The notes under the pieces: generated by a model
What the model was told of the DNA's origin: nothing
Seen by the model: the letters and a program-made list of their open reading frames with translations, nothing else
Databases searched by the model: none
Origin: a virus
Taxonomy: Duplodnaviria; Caudoviricetes
Virus record (IMG/VR): IMGVR_UViG_3300037522_000084
Coordinates: 1 to 49,183 of that record
DNA: 49,183 nt
Reading direction: 5' to 3' (one strand)
Shown here: positions 33,982 through 43,026 of the stretch, one piece after another
Position numbering within the stretch: the first letter of the stretch is position 1
How the letters are laid out: each line of letters starts with the position of its first letter
Made by a program: the position numbers and the translations under genes

Positions 33982-35072
33982 CCGTATACCCTCGTCAGGC
34001 CAGCGTCCACGGCGAACCCTCGGCCTCTGGCAATCTTTCCAAGGCGGGCGCGGGTGCGCCATGCGCGCGAAGCCTGGCGCAGCAGCCCGAAGTAGCTGTT
34101 CACGCTCTTAGGCACATCCGCCGCCGGCATGTGCTGCAGCCTGTGCATCGCGTCGGCCACCGTGCGCGGTCGGATCGTGCGCCGCCACGGCGCGATCACC
34201 TGGCCGACGAAGTCGATGCCCCTGTCCACCGGCTGGCGGATGGTCTTGGTCGGGTTGAGCTCGATCTTCAGCCGCTCGGGTAGGAAGGCCTCCATCTCGT
34301 CGTGCCAGGCGTTCAGCTGCTGCGACGATTCGTGCAGCAGGACGATGTCGTCCACATAGCGGATGTAGTGGCGGGCGCGCAGGCGGTGCTTCACGAACTG
34401 ATCGAGCGGATCCAGGTAGACATTAGCCCCGAACTGGCTGGAGAGATTGCCGATCGGCAGGCCGCGGTCTGCCGGCGCGTGCATCAGGCTCTTGTGCGGA
34501 GGGACCAAGGCGAGCCGCTCCGATCCGCCGCGGATCTCGACGCCCGGGCGCGGGTCGTGCATGTAGATACGCTCCGCGAGGTCGCGCCAGAAGGGCTCCG
34601 GGATTCGCGCCAGCAGCATGGCGAGCAGCGTGGGTTTGTGGATCGAAACGAAGAAGCTGGCGATGTCGCACTTCAGATACGCCGCCGGTCGCGTCCAGTT
34701 GCGCGTGATCGAGCGCACTTTCGCCTCCAGCCGGCGCGCGGCGTACAGCGTGCCGCGACCCTCCAGGCAGGCGCAGCTGTCGGCGATGAACCGGCGGACG
34801 AAACGCGGCGCTACCGCCCGATGGAACAGGTGGTGGACCACGCGATCGCGCGCGCGTGCCGCCCAAACCTCGCGGGGCTTCGGGCGCGTGATCACGAAGC
34901 AGATCGAGGGCCCGGGCTTGTAAGTGCCGGCCTGAAGGTCCTCGAAGAGGTCGTAGAGGTTGCGCTCGAGGTGCTGCTCGAATTCCAGCGCGGCGGGGGT
35001 GTTGCGCTTGGAGGCCCGGAAGTCGAGATAGGCTCGCACCAGGTCCTCGAAAGAAAGGTCGGCATGGCTCAT
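33978..35072 (-). CDS. DGR reverse transcriptase (364 aa)
   Basis: [47 protein letters not shown]; start MSHADLSF just downstream of TR. Confidence 0.95.
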   Translation of the reverse strand: MSHADLSFEDLVRAYLDFRASKRNTPAALEFEQHLERNLYDLFEDLQAGTYKPGPSICFVITRPKPREVWAARARDRVVHHLFHRAVAPRFVRRFIADSCACLEGRGTLYAARRLEAKVRSITRNWTRPAAYLKCDIASFFVSIHKPTLLAMLLARIPEPFWRDLAERIYMHDPRPGVEIRGGSERLALVPPHKSLMHAPADRGLPIGNLSSQFGANVYLDPLDQFVKHRLRARHYIRYVDDIVLLHESSQQLNAWHDEMEAFLPERLKIELNPTKTIRQPVDRGIDFVGQVIAPWRRTIRPRTVADAMHRLQHMPAADVPKSVNSYFGLLRQASRAWRTRARLGKIARGRGFAVDAGLTRVYG

Positions 35073-35081
35073 GGGGTATCC

Positions 35082-35187
35082 ATCTGCGGAAGGCGCGCAC
35101 CAGGTTGTGGTTGTTCTTGTGATTCCAGTTCTGGTTGCCGTTGTTGAAGTTCTGGATCCACGCGTAGCCGGCGTCGGCGTCCTGCGT
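35082..35187 (-). repeat. DGR template repeat (TR)
   Basis: 106 nt, AAC-rich (reads TQDADAGYAWIQNFNNGNQNWNHKNNHNLVRAFRR); lies between avd and RT; homologous to two VRs. Confidence 0.95.
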
Positions 35188-35350
35188 ACCATCGTGCTAT
35201 CCACGTCGCCCAGCCGAATCCTCGGCCGGGGGACTGCGCGGGACGCGGCCGGGCAGGTGCCCGCGGTATCCCTGCTGCGCTTGGCGGTGGCCTCGTGAGC
35301 CAGCGGCACGACCAGATGAAAAATGCGCACGGGCATGAGGGCCGTGGCGC

Positions 35351-35707
35351 TCATGCAGCAGGCGCTGCTGCGGAGTACTTCTTCCACCCGGAGGCCTGCC
35401 GCCCGATGCTCTGGGTCAACTCCGACGCCTTGCTATAGAGCTTCGTGCTGATGAAGCGCTGGTCGCGGGCGAGCCGGAGGTTGAACTCGATCCACTCGAG
35501 GCGATCCAGCAGCCGGTCGATGTGCGGCCCCTTATCGCGGGCGATGTTCGCGTCGCGGATGTGGAGCGGCAACGCGGTGCACTGGTCGAGCAGCTTCTCA
35601 CCGAGAACCTTCTTGATGTCGCGGCGCATGTAGCGCACACCGTCGAGCATCACCCCGGCGAGATCGTAGGCCGTCTTGTAGATCGGCAGATTCAGGTGGA
35701 GTGCCAT
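35351..35707 (-). CDS. avd: DGR accessory variability determinant (four-helix bundle)
   Basis: MALHLNLPIYKTAYDL...LRLARDQRFIS...IGRQASGWKK; canonical position upstream of TR-RT. Confidence 0.9.
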   Translation of the reverse strand: MALHLNLPIYKTAYDLAGVMLDGVRYMRRDIKKVLGEKLLDQCTALPLHIRDANIARDKGPHIDRLLDRLEWIEFNLRLARDQRFISTKLYSKASELTQSIGRQASGWKKYSAAAPAA

Positions 35708-35732
35708 GCCGAAAAACTGAATCAATGAATGG

Positions 35733-36227
35733 CTAAATTACTTGCCTGCGGAAGGCGCGCACCAGGTTGTGGCTGACCTTGAGATCCCAGTCCTGGCTGC
35801 CGTATCCGAAGAGCTGGATCCACGCGTAGCCGGCGGCGGCGTCCTGCGTGGACGTCCAGTACCAGTCGGAGTCGAAGGCTTCACCTTCGGGCAGCTTGTC
35901 ATTGGCCGCCCAGGCGAGCAGGTGCTCGCCGCGGGCGCCGATGTACCAGTCGTCGAAGTCGCCGATACGCATCGCACGCACTTCCTTCGCTGCGGGACTG
36001 CCGGCGTCGGCCATCGCGTTGGTGTTGGCGAGCCCGTCGTAAACGGACATGGCGCCCTTGACCATCCTGCTGCTACCCCAGGCCTGCGGCTTCAACTGCG
36101 CGAGTTGCTTGGGGCCGGCGATGATCACGTAGGGCGTCTGGTCGACGAACATGCCGCCGAGGCAGATGCCGCCGCCGAAGGCCGCGCCGATCGCGGCGGG
36201 GAGGATGAGCCTGCTGGGTGCGTTCAT
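35733..36227 (-). CDS. DGR target protein 1 (DUF1566/CLec-like)
   Basis: DGLANT, DWYI...E, WYWTST, C-terminal VR ending VRAFRR. Confidence 0.88.
   Translation of the reverse strand: MNAPSRLILPAAIGAAFGGGICLGGMFVDQTPYVIIAGPKQLAQLKPQAWGSSRMVKGAMSVYDGLANTNAMADAGSPAAKEVRAMRIGDFDDWYIGARGEHLLAWAANDKLPEGEAFDSDWYWTSTQDAAAGYAWIQLFGYGSQDWDLKVSHNLVRAFRRQVI
35746..35849 (-). repeat. DGR variable repeat VR1
   Basis: 14 mismatches to TR over 104 nt, 13 of them at TR adenines. Confidence 0.95.
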
Positions 36228-36257
36228 TGCGTTCTCCTGAAAAACTGAATGGTTGAA

Positions 36258-36791
36258 TTACCGAATTGGCAATCTGCGGAAGGCGCGCACCAGGCTGTGG
36301 CTGCTCTCGTGATACCAGTACTGGTCGCCGTGGTGGAAGGTCTGGATCCACGCGTAGCCGGCGTCGGCGTCCTGCGTGTCCGCCAGCCAGTGCCAGTCCT
36401 TCTCGAACAACTCCGGCACGTTGCCGAAGCAGATCGGCGCCACCGCCTTGTTGAGGAGTTCGAAGTCGCGATGCCCGTCCACCTCGACTTCGCGGGCGCG
36501 CAGGATGGCATCCTCGTGGCTCGCCTTGAGCTTGGGCATGCGCGGGACGATGATGTGAAAATCCTCGCCATCCTTCGCGCCTCGGGCGATCCCGGCGTAG
36601 ACGCCGCCCTGGCCGCTCCAGTCTTGGCCGATGGCGGGCGCAAGGTACGCAGACACCGCCTCGGCGCGGAAAATCTCCAGCGGGCGCGACTGCTCAAGCA
36701 GTTGCTCGATATAGGCGCGGGCGGCAGCTTGCGGCGGAACGCGGACTTCGGCGTCTCCGAGCCGAACGATGATGGGGGATACGGCGCTCAT
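36258..36791 (-). CDS. DGR target protein 2 (DUF1566/CLec-like)
   Basis: PAIGQDWSGQGGVYAG, DGHRDF.L, FEKDWHW, C-terminal VR. Confidence 0.88.
   Translation of the reverse strand: MSAVSPIIVRLGDAEVRVPPQAAARAYIEQLLEQSRPLEIFRAEAVSAYLAPAIGQDWSGQGGVYAGIARGAKDGEDFHIIVPRMPKLKASHEDAILRAREVEVDGHRDFELLNKAVAPICFGNVPELFEKDWHWLADTQDADAGYAWIQTFHHGDQYWYHESSHSLVRAFRRLPIR
36272..36377 (-). repeat. DGR variable repeat VR2
   Basis: 10 mismatches to TR over 106 nt, all at TR adenines. Confidence 0.95.
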
Positions 36792-36821
36792 GCTGGTCTC
36801 CTCGTGTGAAATTGACTATGT

Positions 36822-37100
36822 CTATCCGTGCCCGGAACGCTCGTGCTCGAGCGCCGTTTGCGGCCCAGTCCATTGCGGGCGAATACCGGTCGTTTCCTCG
36901 ATCGTGTCGGCGACGACCTCGCGCATGAGATCCATGAACGCCTGCTTGCGCTCCGGGTTTGCGAGGACCACCACCATCCGGATCGACCCGAGAAAGATCG
37001 CGTCCTTCATCGTGTCGGGCAGCGCGTAGTAGGCGACCCAGTTATTGCCCTCCTCGCGCAGCGCGAGCCGGCCGACCTGTGCGTGATCCGGGATCGGCAT
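36822..37100 (-). CDS. Hypothetical phage protein
   Basis: GRLALREEGNNWVAYYA...FLGSI; coupled to the upstream gene. Confidence 0.7.
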   Translation of the reverse strand: MPIPDHAQVGRLALREEGNNWVAYYALPDTMKDAIFLGSIRMVVVLANPERKQAFMDLMREVVADTIEETTGIRPQWTGPQTALEHERSGHG

Positions 37101-37402
37101 CAGCCATCCCGCTCAAGCAGAAGTAACAGCGGGCGCGGTTCAAGGGCGCATGACTGGCACACGAGCAGCGCCGGCTGGTCCTCGATCATCGGCTTCGCGA
37201 TGTCCGGATTCGGGCCCATGACGTCCGCGAGAATCGCGCCGAGTTGGCGGCCGCCGAAGAACTGCTCGAGCCCGCTATGGCGCCTGACCGCGTTGAGGTC
37301 TACGCCCATGCTCTCGACCTTCACGCGGTAGAAGAGCGGCACTCCGGCATGCATCAATCCCTTGCCGCAGAGCGCGCACGGCTTGATGTCCCGCGCCTTC
37401 AT
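37100..37402 (-). CDS. Hypothetical zinc-binding protein
   Basis: CALC...CQSC; coupled at both ends. Confidence 0.65.
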   Translation of the reverse strand: MKARDIKPCALCGKGLMHAGVPLFYRVKVESMGVDLNAVRRHSGLEQFFGGRQLGAILADVMGPNPDIAKPMIEDQPALLVCQSCALEPRPLLLLLERDG

Positions 37403-37713
37403 CAGGTCACCTCGTCGAAGACAAGCTGGAGCTGCTCGGCCTCTTTCTTCTTCGTCTCGAAGGTCGTGCCAGACTTGGCGACGACGAATCGGCGAACGAC
37501 CTTCGCCTGCAGGCCGGATGCCTCGGCCACAGCCCTGACAGCCTCGGCGAATTCCTCGCTCGCATCCTTTGCCGCGGCGTGGAGTTTGACGAGGTAGCCC
37601 ACCTTCTTGCGCAGCTCCTCCAGGCGGATAACCTCGTCCTGCTGATCGTGGCCTTGACGGCTACGCACCTCGCTCGTTCTGCCGACGCTTTCCATACGTG
37701 CCTCCTGGTTCAT
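37402..37713 (-). CDS. Putative GapR/DsbA-like dsDNA-binding protein
   Basis: Helical pattern LVKL...A.EEFAEAV...AEASGL..KVVRRFV; start uncertain. Confidence 0.45.
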   Translation of the reverse strand: MNQEARMESVGRTSEVRSRQGHDQQDEVIRLEELRKKVGYLVKLHAAAKDASEEFAEAVRAVAEASGLQAKVVRRFVVAKSGTTFETKKKEAEQLQLVFDEVT

Positions 37714-38554
37714 ATCCCCACGGCGCTCGCTCATCGCACCGCGTGCCGGTGCTGGCCGCGACCGCGCAGGACGTTGCGGCGCTTGGCCGCCCTGCGCTTG
37801 CCCTCGGCGGCCGAGTAGCCTCCGCGCTTCTTGTAGCGCGGCGGGCGCGGATCGTTCGTGCCGGCTTCGTTTCCGAACATGGGCGGGGCAACGTGAGGCC
37901 CCTTGGCCGCGCTCGCCATCGAGGCCATAAGCGCAGCGGCCATTGCCGACATGCATGCCGAGGATGCGGTTCTTCACGATGCTTCCACGCCGGAGTAGCT
38001 GGCCCGGACGCACGTCGGGATCGCCGGCGGGATCTCGCCAGGACCTGATCCACTCGCCGCCCATGTTGTACACACCCTCCACGCGGACGCACGTGACGGG
38101 CGGGGTGAGCTGCAGGAGCTCGACCGGCGACTCGTAGATCGGCGCGGCGGGCGGCATGTGGATGCGCTTCCACATCGGCACGAACTCCGCGCGCGCCTTC
38201 TCGCTCGCCACCTCGGCGCGGAATGTCATCGTGTGGGCCGTCACGGTGAGCATCACGGCGGCGGCGATGCACAGGCTCACCGCGAGCCTGCTCATCTGTG
38301 AGTCGCTCGCGCGGAAGTTCTTGAGCTCCTCGCCGATCGTCATGCCTCGAACCTCGCGGCGTTGACCTTGAGCATCAAGTCGGCGAACTGCGCGAGCAGC
38401 TCGTCGTTCGATACCTGGCGCTCAGCGGGCGGGCGCGGCGGCGCCGTGTCGCGCGTCTCGAGGTGGCACACGCAGGCGTCTTGCGGGCGGGCGCAGCCCG
38501 GGCAATCGCAGTGCGGGCAGTCGTAGAAGGCGGTATAGCCGTGCGGGCAGAGGC

Positions 38555-38930
38555 TCACGCGATCCTCCGCAGCCAGCATGCGGGCGCCGCGCCGCCGCCG
38601 GTGATGAAGCAGGAATCGCGGGGCGCCCTGCGGGCCCACTCGCAAAGCTCCTCGTCGTCGGCGTTCGCGCGCGTGAGCTCGCTCAGTCTCACCGGGTCGC
38701 CGGGCGCCTGATCCTTCCACTGGAGCATGAACACCGGCTCGGGCGACCCGGCGAGCGCGGTGCCGATCTCGGTGAACCAGCCGCGATACCACTCCTTGTA
38801 GTCGTCGGAGCCGAACGGGTAGTCGTTCAGCGCCGGGCCCAGTTTCAGCCGGCCGATCCTGCGGCCCTCGGAGAAGGCGTCGGACTCGCGAGCCTTGAGC
38901 GGCTCGCTCGGTTGCGCCTGATGACGCATG
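38555..38930 (-). CDS. Hypothetical early protein
   Basis: First ORF downstream of the leftward promoter; start uncertain. Confidence 0.5.
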
Positions 38931-38981
38931 ACATTCGGATGATTCACGGTCTTCTCCCGATTCGCGTTGAGCACGCGACGG

Positions 38982-39023
38982 AAGATAGACCCAGAAATGG
39001 GTTATGTCAACCCGTAAACGGGT
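38982..39023 (-). promoter_or_regulatory. PL-like promoter with two operators
   Basis: Minus strand TTGACA-N17-TATCTT; ACCCAGAAATGGGT (38989-39002) and ACCCGTAAACGGGT (39010-39023). Confidence 0.8.
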
Positions 39024-39035
39024 TTAAGGAGGAGA

Positions 39036-39326
39036 CTACCGCAGGAGCTTCGCCAGCTCATCGTCGAGCTTTAGGAGCATCCCTCGGGTGATCGTGGGGC
39101 AGCGCCGGGTCTCGCCGGCAACATCAACGCTGTACTCGTAGGCCGGGTGCATCGCCACCCAAGCGAGACCGATCAAGCGGCCGCTTCGCGCCTCCTGCAG
39201 CAGCTGCTCGAGCGCCTGCACGATCTCGTCGGAAGGAGCAGACCGGACGAGATGCAGGACGGTTCGGTCTCTATGTGCCGTGTCCGCCTCCGATTGCGGA
39301 GGATGCGCCGCGAGGCGGTCACGCAA
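39036..39326 (-). CDS. Hypothetical protein downstream of the repressor
   Basis: LEQLLQEARSGRLIGLAWVA; start uncertain. Confidence 0.6.
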   Translation of the reverse strand: MRDRLAAHPPQSEADTAHRDRTVLHLVRSAPSDEIVQALEQLLQEARSGRLIGLAWVAMHPAYEYSVDVAGETRRCPTITRGMLLKLDDELAKLLR

Positions 39327-39349
39327 TAGTTCAAGGGTGTGAACGTTTG

Positions 39350-39709
39350 TTAGCGTTCCAGAAGTGTGCGTTTACGCACCGGCGCGCTCTCATTTTGACG
39401 AAGGCGCCCGCGATAGACCGGCGTGCGCTGCTTGCCCACGACGGCAATCTCGCCCAGCCATCCCGGCATGATGAGTTGATAGGCCTTAAGGCCGAACACC
39501 CTGGCGAAGGCCTCGACCGTGTCGATCGAGGCGCCGGTCTCGCGCGAGAGCGTGCGCTGCACCGAGGACAGCGACACGCCGGCGTCCTTGGCGAGCGCCA
39601 TCGGCCGGTTGCCGCTTTCCTTGTAGCGCTGCTCCATCATCCGGTTGATGTTCTGCGCGAGCACCTCGCGCAGTTCTCCCGGCACCTTGTGTTTTTTCCG
39701 ATCGCCCAT
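39350..39709 (-). CDS. CI-like repressor (HTH, no obvious S24 peptidase domain)
   Basis: LAQNINRMM...LAKDAGVSLSSVQR...ASIDTVEAFARVFG; divergent from cro. Confidence 0.75.
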   Translation of the reverse strand: MGDRKKHKVPGELREVLAQNINRMMEQRYKESGNRPMALAKDAGVSLSSVQRTLSRETGASIDTVEAFARVFGLKAYQLIMPGWLGEIAVVGKQRTPVYRGRLRQNESAPVRKRTLLER

Positions 39710-39738
39710 CGCAGGCTTACACGATAGGATGAATCGCG

Positions 39739-39780
39739 ACCCATTAGCGGGTTGACGAAACCCGAAGATGGGTCTATCTT
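39739..39780 (+). promoter_or_regulatory. PR-like promoter with two operators
   Basis: TTGACG(39752)-N17-TATCTT(39775); ACCCATTAGCGGGT (39739-52) and ACCCGAAGATGGGT (39760-73). Confidence 0.8.
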
Positions 39781-39788
39781 CAGCGTCC

Positions 39789-39989
39789 ATGCATACCTCC
39801 CTTTACGAGTACGTCATGGCCCGGCTGCAAGAGGTCACGACCGAGGATGGATACGAGGCCGTGGCGAAGGGCGCGGGCGTGCCGAAGAGCACGGTGAAGA
39901 AAATCAAGTGGCGGCAGATCAAGGATCCGGGCGTCTCGCATATCGAGGCTCTCGCCCGGTTCTTTCGCGGGGCGAAGGCCGCGGCGTGA
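39789..39989 (+). CDS. Cro-like HTH protein
   Basis: VAKGAGVPKSTVKKI...DPGVSHIEALARFF. Confidence 0.8.
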   Translation: MHTSLYEYVMARLQEVTTEDGYEAVAKGAGVPKSTVKKIKWRQIKDPGVSHIEALARFFRGAKAAA

Positions 39990-40058
39990 CGAGCGAGCGG
40001 GCATCCTCCTCCATGTCTACCGGCAAGTACCGGCAAGACTTTTCCCGGTAGCCGCCGG

Positions 40059-40427
40059 ATGCCCGTCCAGCACACCCTCAATTTCGAGCCCGGGCTTGCC
40101 GAGCGGTGGAAGTCCCTCAAGGCCTGCGTGCGGGCTCGGGTGTACGGCAACGGCAAGCAGTTGAAGGCCATCGCTGCGGACATGGACCTCTCGGAATCGG
40201 ATCTATCACGGAAGCTCGGCGAGAACCCGAGCGACCCGCGCAATCTCACCTGCGACGACCTCGAGGCCTACATCGCGAAGACGGGGGACACGACCCCGAT
40301 TCTGTACCTGGTCGAGAAGTACGCCATAAACCTCGAGACGAAGCAGGCGTATGCCGCGGCCGAGCTCGCTCGGCAACTGCCAGACCTGATCGCCCTCGCG
40401 CGACAGCTCGGGGTGAAAACAAAGTGA
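40059..40427 (+). CDS. CII-like regulator
   Basis: KAIAADMDLSESDLSRKL; position after cro. Confidence 0.7.
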   Translation: MPVQHTLNFEPGLAERWKSLKACVRARVYGNGKQLKAIAADMDLSESDLSRKLGENPSDPRNLTCDDLEAYIAKTGDTTPILYLVEKYAINLETKQAYAAAELARQLPDLIALARQLGVKTK

Positions 40428-40752
40428 CTTTCTCCAGCCGCCCGAGGTTCTCCCCATCCTGCAAGGGCGTTTACTCATCCGCTGCTGTGCTGGCAGCGAT
40501 AGCGGGTGGGTCTTTATGAACACACCGAGGGGGCTCAACCGCGATACGCCGGGACGGCAAGCCGGATGGTTCGGCGACCTGAACCGAGCGGGTACGAGCG
40601 CGGGTGGCAGTCATGGCCGGGCGGGCAATGCGGAGCATGAACCGCCTGAAGTGATGGCCGAGGGTCCGCGCCACGCCCCCATTTCGCAGCAGCGAGAGCA
40701 CAGCGGCCGGGCGCATCGAGGAATCAGCCCCCGCCTGGGGGCCTGAGCCGGC

Positions 40753-40977
40753 ATGAAGTGGCGCACCTCCGCTCAAAGCCCACGCACCGCCGCACCCGTC
40801 ACGGCGCTGATCGCACAGAAGGACGAGGGCGGCGCGCTGTTCCTGCTCGGCATCTACCTATGGAAGGAAGGCCGCTGGCGCTCGGAGGAGACGTTCAAGT
40901 CGCCCGCGGGCGAGTTCTGGTGTGTGTACGAGGCCGAGCTGCTGAAGAACCCGCGAGCGGCGCTGGCGGGCCTATGA
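40753..40977 (+). CDS. Hypothetical protein
   Basis: 74-aa ORF in the early-right operon. Confidence 0.5.
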   Translation: MKWRTSAQSPRTAAPVTALIAQKDEGGALFLLGIYLWKEGRWRSEETFKSPAGEFWCVYEAELLKNPRAALAGL

Positions 40978-41174
40978 GCGTGCGCACGAAGATCCTGAAG
41001 CTCGTGCACGCCGACAACGGCGGGCCGCGGGCGCGCCGGCTGCTCGAGGCGGTGGCAAGCCTCGGCGGCGAGGATGGCAAGCGCTTCGTCGACCAGATGA
41101 TCGAGCGCGGGGAGCTGCTGAAGTACGGCGACAAGAAGGGCGCGCGCTACGGTCTGCCGAGGGTGCGGGCGTGA
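40974..41174 (+). CDS. Hypothetical small protein
   Basis: MSVRTKILKLVH...GARYGLP; ATGA and GTGA coupling to neighbours. Confidence 0.55.
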   Translation: MSVRTKILKLVHADNGGPRARRLLEAVASLGGEDGKRFVDQMIERGELLKYGDKKGARYGLPRVRA

Positions 41175-42823
41175 ATCGACCGCCTGCGATCAGGCTCCAC
41201 ATCGACGAGATCATCGTCGATTCCTTTGCCGGCGGCGGGGGCGCGTCGCTCGGCATCGAGTGGGCGCTCGGCCGATCGCCCGACGTGGCGATCAACCACG
41301 ACCCGGAAGCGATCGCCATGCACCAGGCGAACCACCCGGGGACCCGGCACTACTGCGAGGACGTGTGGCACGTCGACCCGGTGGAAGCCTGCCGCGGGCG
41401 CGCGGTCGGCCTCGCGTGGTTCAGCCCGGACTGCAAGCACTTCTCGAAGGCCAAGGGCGGAAAGCCAGTGGACAAGAAGATCCGGGCGCTCGCCTGGATC
41501 GTGATCCGGTGGGCGAAGGCGGTACAGCCGCGCGTCATCATCCTCGAGAACGTCGAGGAGTTCGAGGACTGGGGCCCGGTTCTGGAGAACGGGCGGCCGT
41601 GCCCGGAGCGGGTAGGACTCACCTTCAGGATCTGGCTCGGGAAGCTGCGGGCGCTCGGCTACGCGGTCGAATGGCGAGAGATGGTCGCCGCCGACTACGG
41701 CGCGCCGACGACGCGCAAGCGCCTGTTCTTGGTCGCGCGCCGGGACGGCCAGACGATCGTGTGGCCGAAGCCCACGCACGGGAAGATGGGCGCGGCGCCC
41801 TGGCGCACCGCCGCCGAATGCATCGAGTGGTCGCTGCCCACGTACTCGATATTTCTGACGAGCGAGGAGGCCAAGCGCCACGGCGTGCGCCGGCCGCTCG
41901 CGGAGAACACCGAGCGCCGGATCGCGCGGGGGCTCAAGCGCTTCGTGATCGACTGCCCGGAGCCGTTCATCGTCGGCGTGGGCGGGAGGATGGGTCAGTC
42001 TCCGGAGCGGTTCGTTTCCAGGCCGATGCAAACGGTAACGGCGAAGGGCGACGCCGCGCTCGTCACCCCGTTCTTGACCGAACGCGCCAACGGTAGCAAT
42101 CAGCGGACGTTCTCGGTAGTCGAGCCCCTTCGTACCCAGTGCGCGCAGGTGAAGGGCGGGCATTTCGCCATCGTCGCGCCGACCCTGATCACCACCGGCT
42201 ACGGCGAGCGGCCCGGGCAGGCGCCGCGTGTACCGGGCCTAAACAAGCCGCTCGGCACCGTCGTCGGGACGATGCACCACGCGCTCGTCGCTGCGTTCCT
42301 CGCCAAGCACTACGGCGGGCACGAGACCCCGGGCGCCCCGCTTGCCGGCGCGATGGACACCGTAACCGCGCGCGATCACCACGCGCTGGTGGCCTCGTCT
42401 CTCGTGAAGATGAAGGGCACAGGCACCGGGCAGCAGCTCGACCTGCCGCTGCACACCGTGCAGGCGGGCGGCAACCACTACGGCGAGGTGCGGGCGTTCC
42501 TGCTGAAGTATTACGGCACCGACCAGGACCCGCGGCTCGAGCGGCCGCTGCATACGCTCACCTCGAAAGACAGGATGGCGCTCGTGACCGTGCACGGCGA
42601 GCCCTACGTGATCGCCGACATTGGCATGCGCATGCTCGCCCCGCGCGAACTCTACCGCGCCCAGGGCTTTGCCGATGACTACCTGATCGTCCCGGTGGTG
42701 AACGGCAAGCCGCTCTCGAAAAAGGCGCAGGTGCGCATGGTCGGGAACTCGGTCTGCCCGCCGCTCGCCGCGGCGGTCGCGCGGGCGCAGTTCGAGGACC
42801 AGGCGATCGAGGTGGCGGCGTGA
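41171..42823 (+). CDS. DNA cytosine-5 methyltransferase
   Basis: DSFAGGGG, SPDC, LENV, RKRLF, RAQGF, GNSVCP. Confidence 0.93.
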   Translation: MNRPPAIRLHIDEIIVDSFAGGGGASLGIEWALGRSPDVAINHDPEAIAMHQANHPGTRHYCEDVWHVDPVEACRGRAVGLAWFSPDCKHFSKAKGGKPVDKKIRALAWIVIRWAKAVQPRVIILENVEEFEDWGPVLENGRPCPERVGLTFRIWLGKLRALGYAVEWREMVAADYGAPTTRKRLFLVARRDGQTIVWPKPTHGKMGAAPWRTAAECIEWSLPTYSIFLTSEEAKRHGVRRPLAENTERRIARGLKRFVIDCPEPFIVGVGGRMGQSPERFVSRPMQTVTAKGDAALVTPFLTERANGSNQRTFSVVEPLRTQCAQVKGGHFAIVAPTLITTGYGERPGQAPRVPGLNKPLGTVVGTMHHALVAAFLAKHYGGHETPGAPLAGAMDTVTARDHHALVASSLVKMKGTGTGQQLDLPLHTVQAGGNHYGEVRAFLLKYYGTDQDPRLERPLHTLTSKDRMALVTVHGEPYVIADIGMRMLAPRELYRAQGFADDYLIVPVVNGKPLSKKAQVRMVGNSVCPPLAAAVARAQFEDQAIEVAA

Positions 42824-43026
42824 ACCGCGACGACCGCCGGATCCTGCGCCGCGCCGCGAAGATGCTGCTCGTAAATGCCGCGCTCGCGCGAGACGGGTGC
42901 GAAACCGGCGATGGCCGGCTGTGGGCATGTCCCGACTGTCCGCGCAAGCCCTGCCACGCGCAGCGTGCCCACGATGCGCACGTCAGGACCGCCGGGCAGC
43001 TCAAGGCGATGGCGAGGGGCGCATGA
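42820..43026 (+). CDS. Hypothetical protein
   Basis: 68 aa with CPDC; coupled at both ends. Confidence 0.5.
   Translation: MNRDDRRILRRAAKMLLVNAALARDGCETGDGRLWACPDCPRKPCHAQRAHDAHVRTAGQLKAMARGA

Noticed and set aside
33978-35072. Group II intron or retron RT
   Set aside because: Avd, TR and two adenine-mutated VRs identify a DGR; no maturase/endonuclease extension or msr-msd was seen
35073-35387. 105-aa N-terminal extension of the RT in the ORF track
   Set aside because: It runs through TR and the avd end; RT-like sequence begins at MSHADLSF (35072)
37402-38343. Single 313-aa protein
   Set aside because: It looks like read-through across several small overlapping early genes, with internal starts and a separate ORF at 37731-37952; boundaries unresolved
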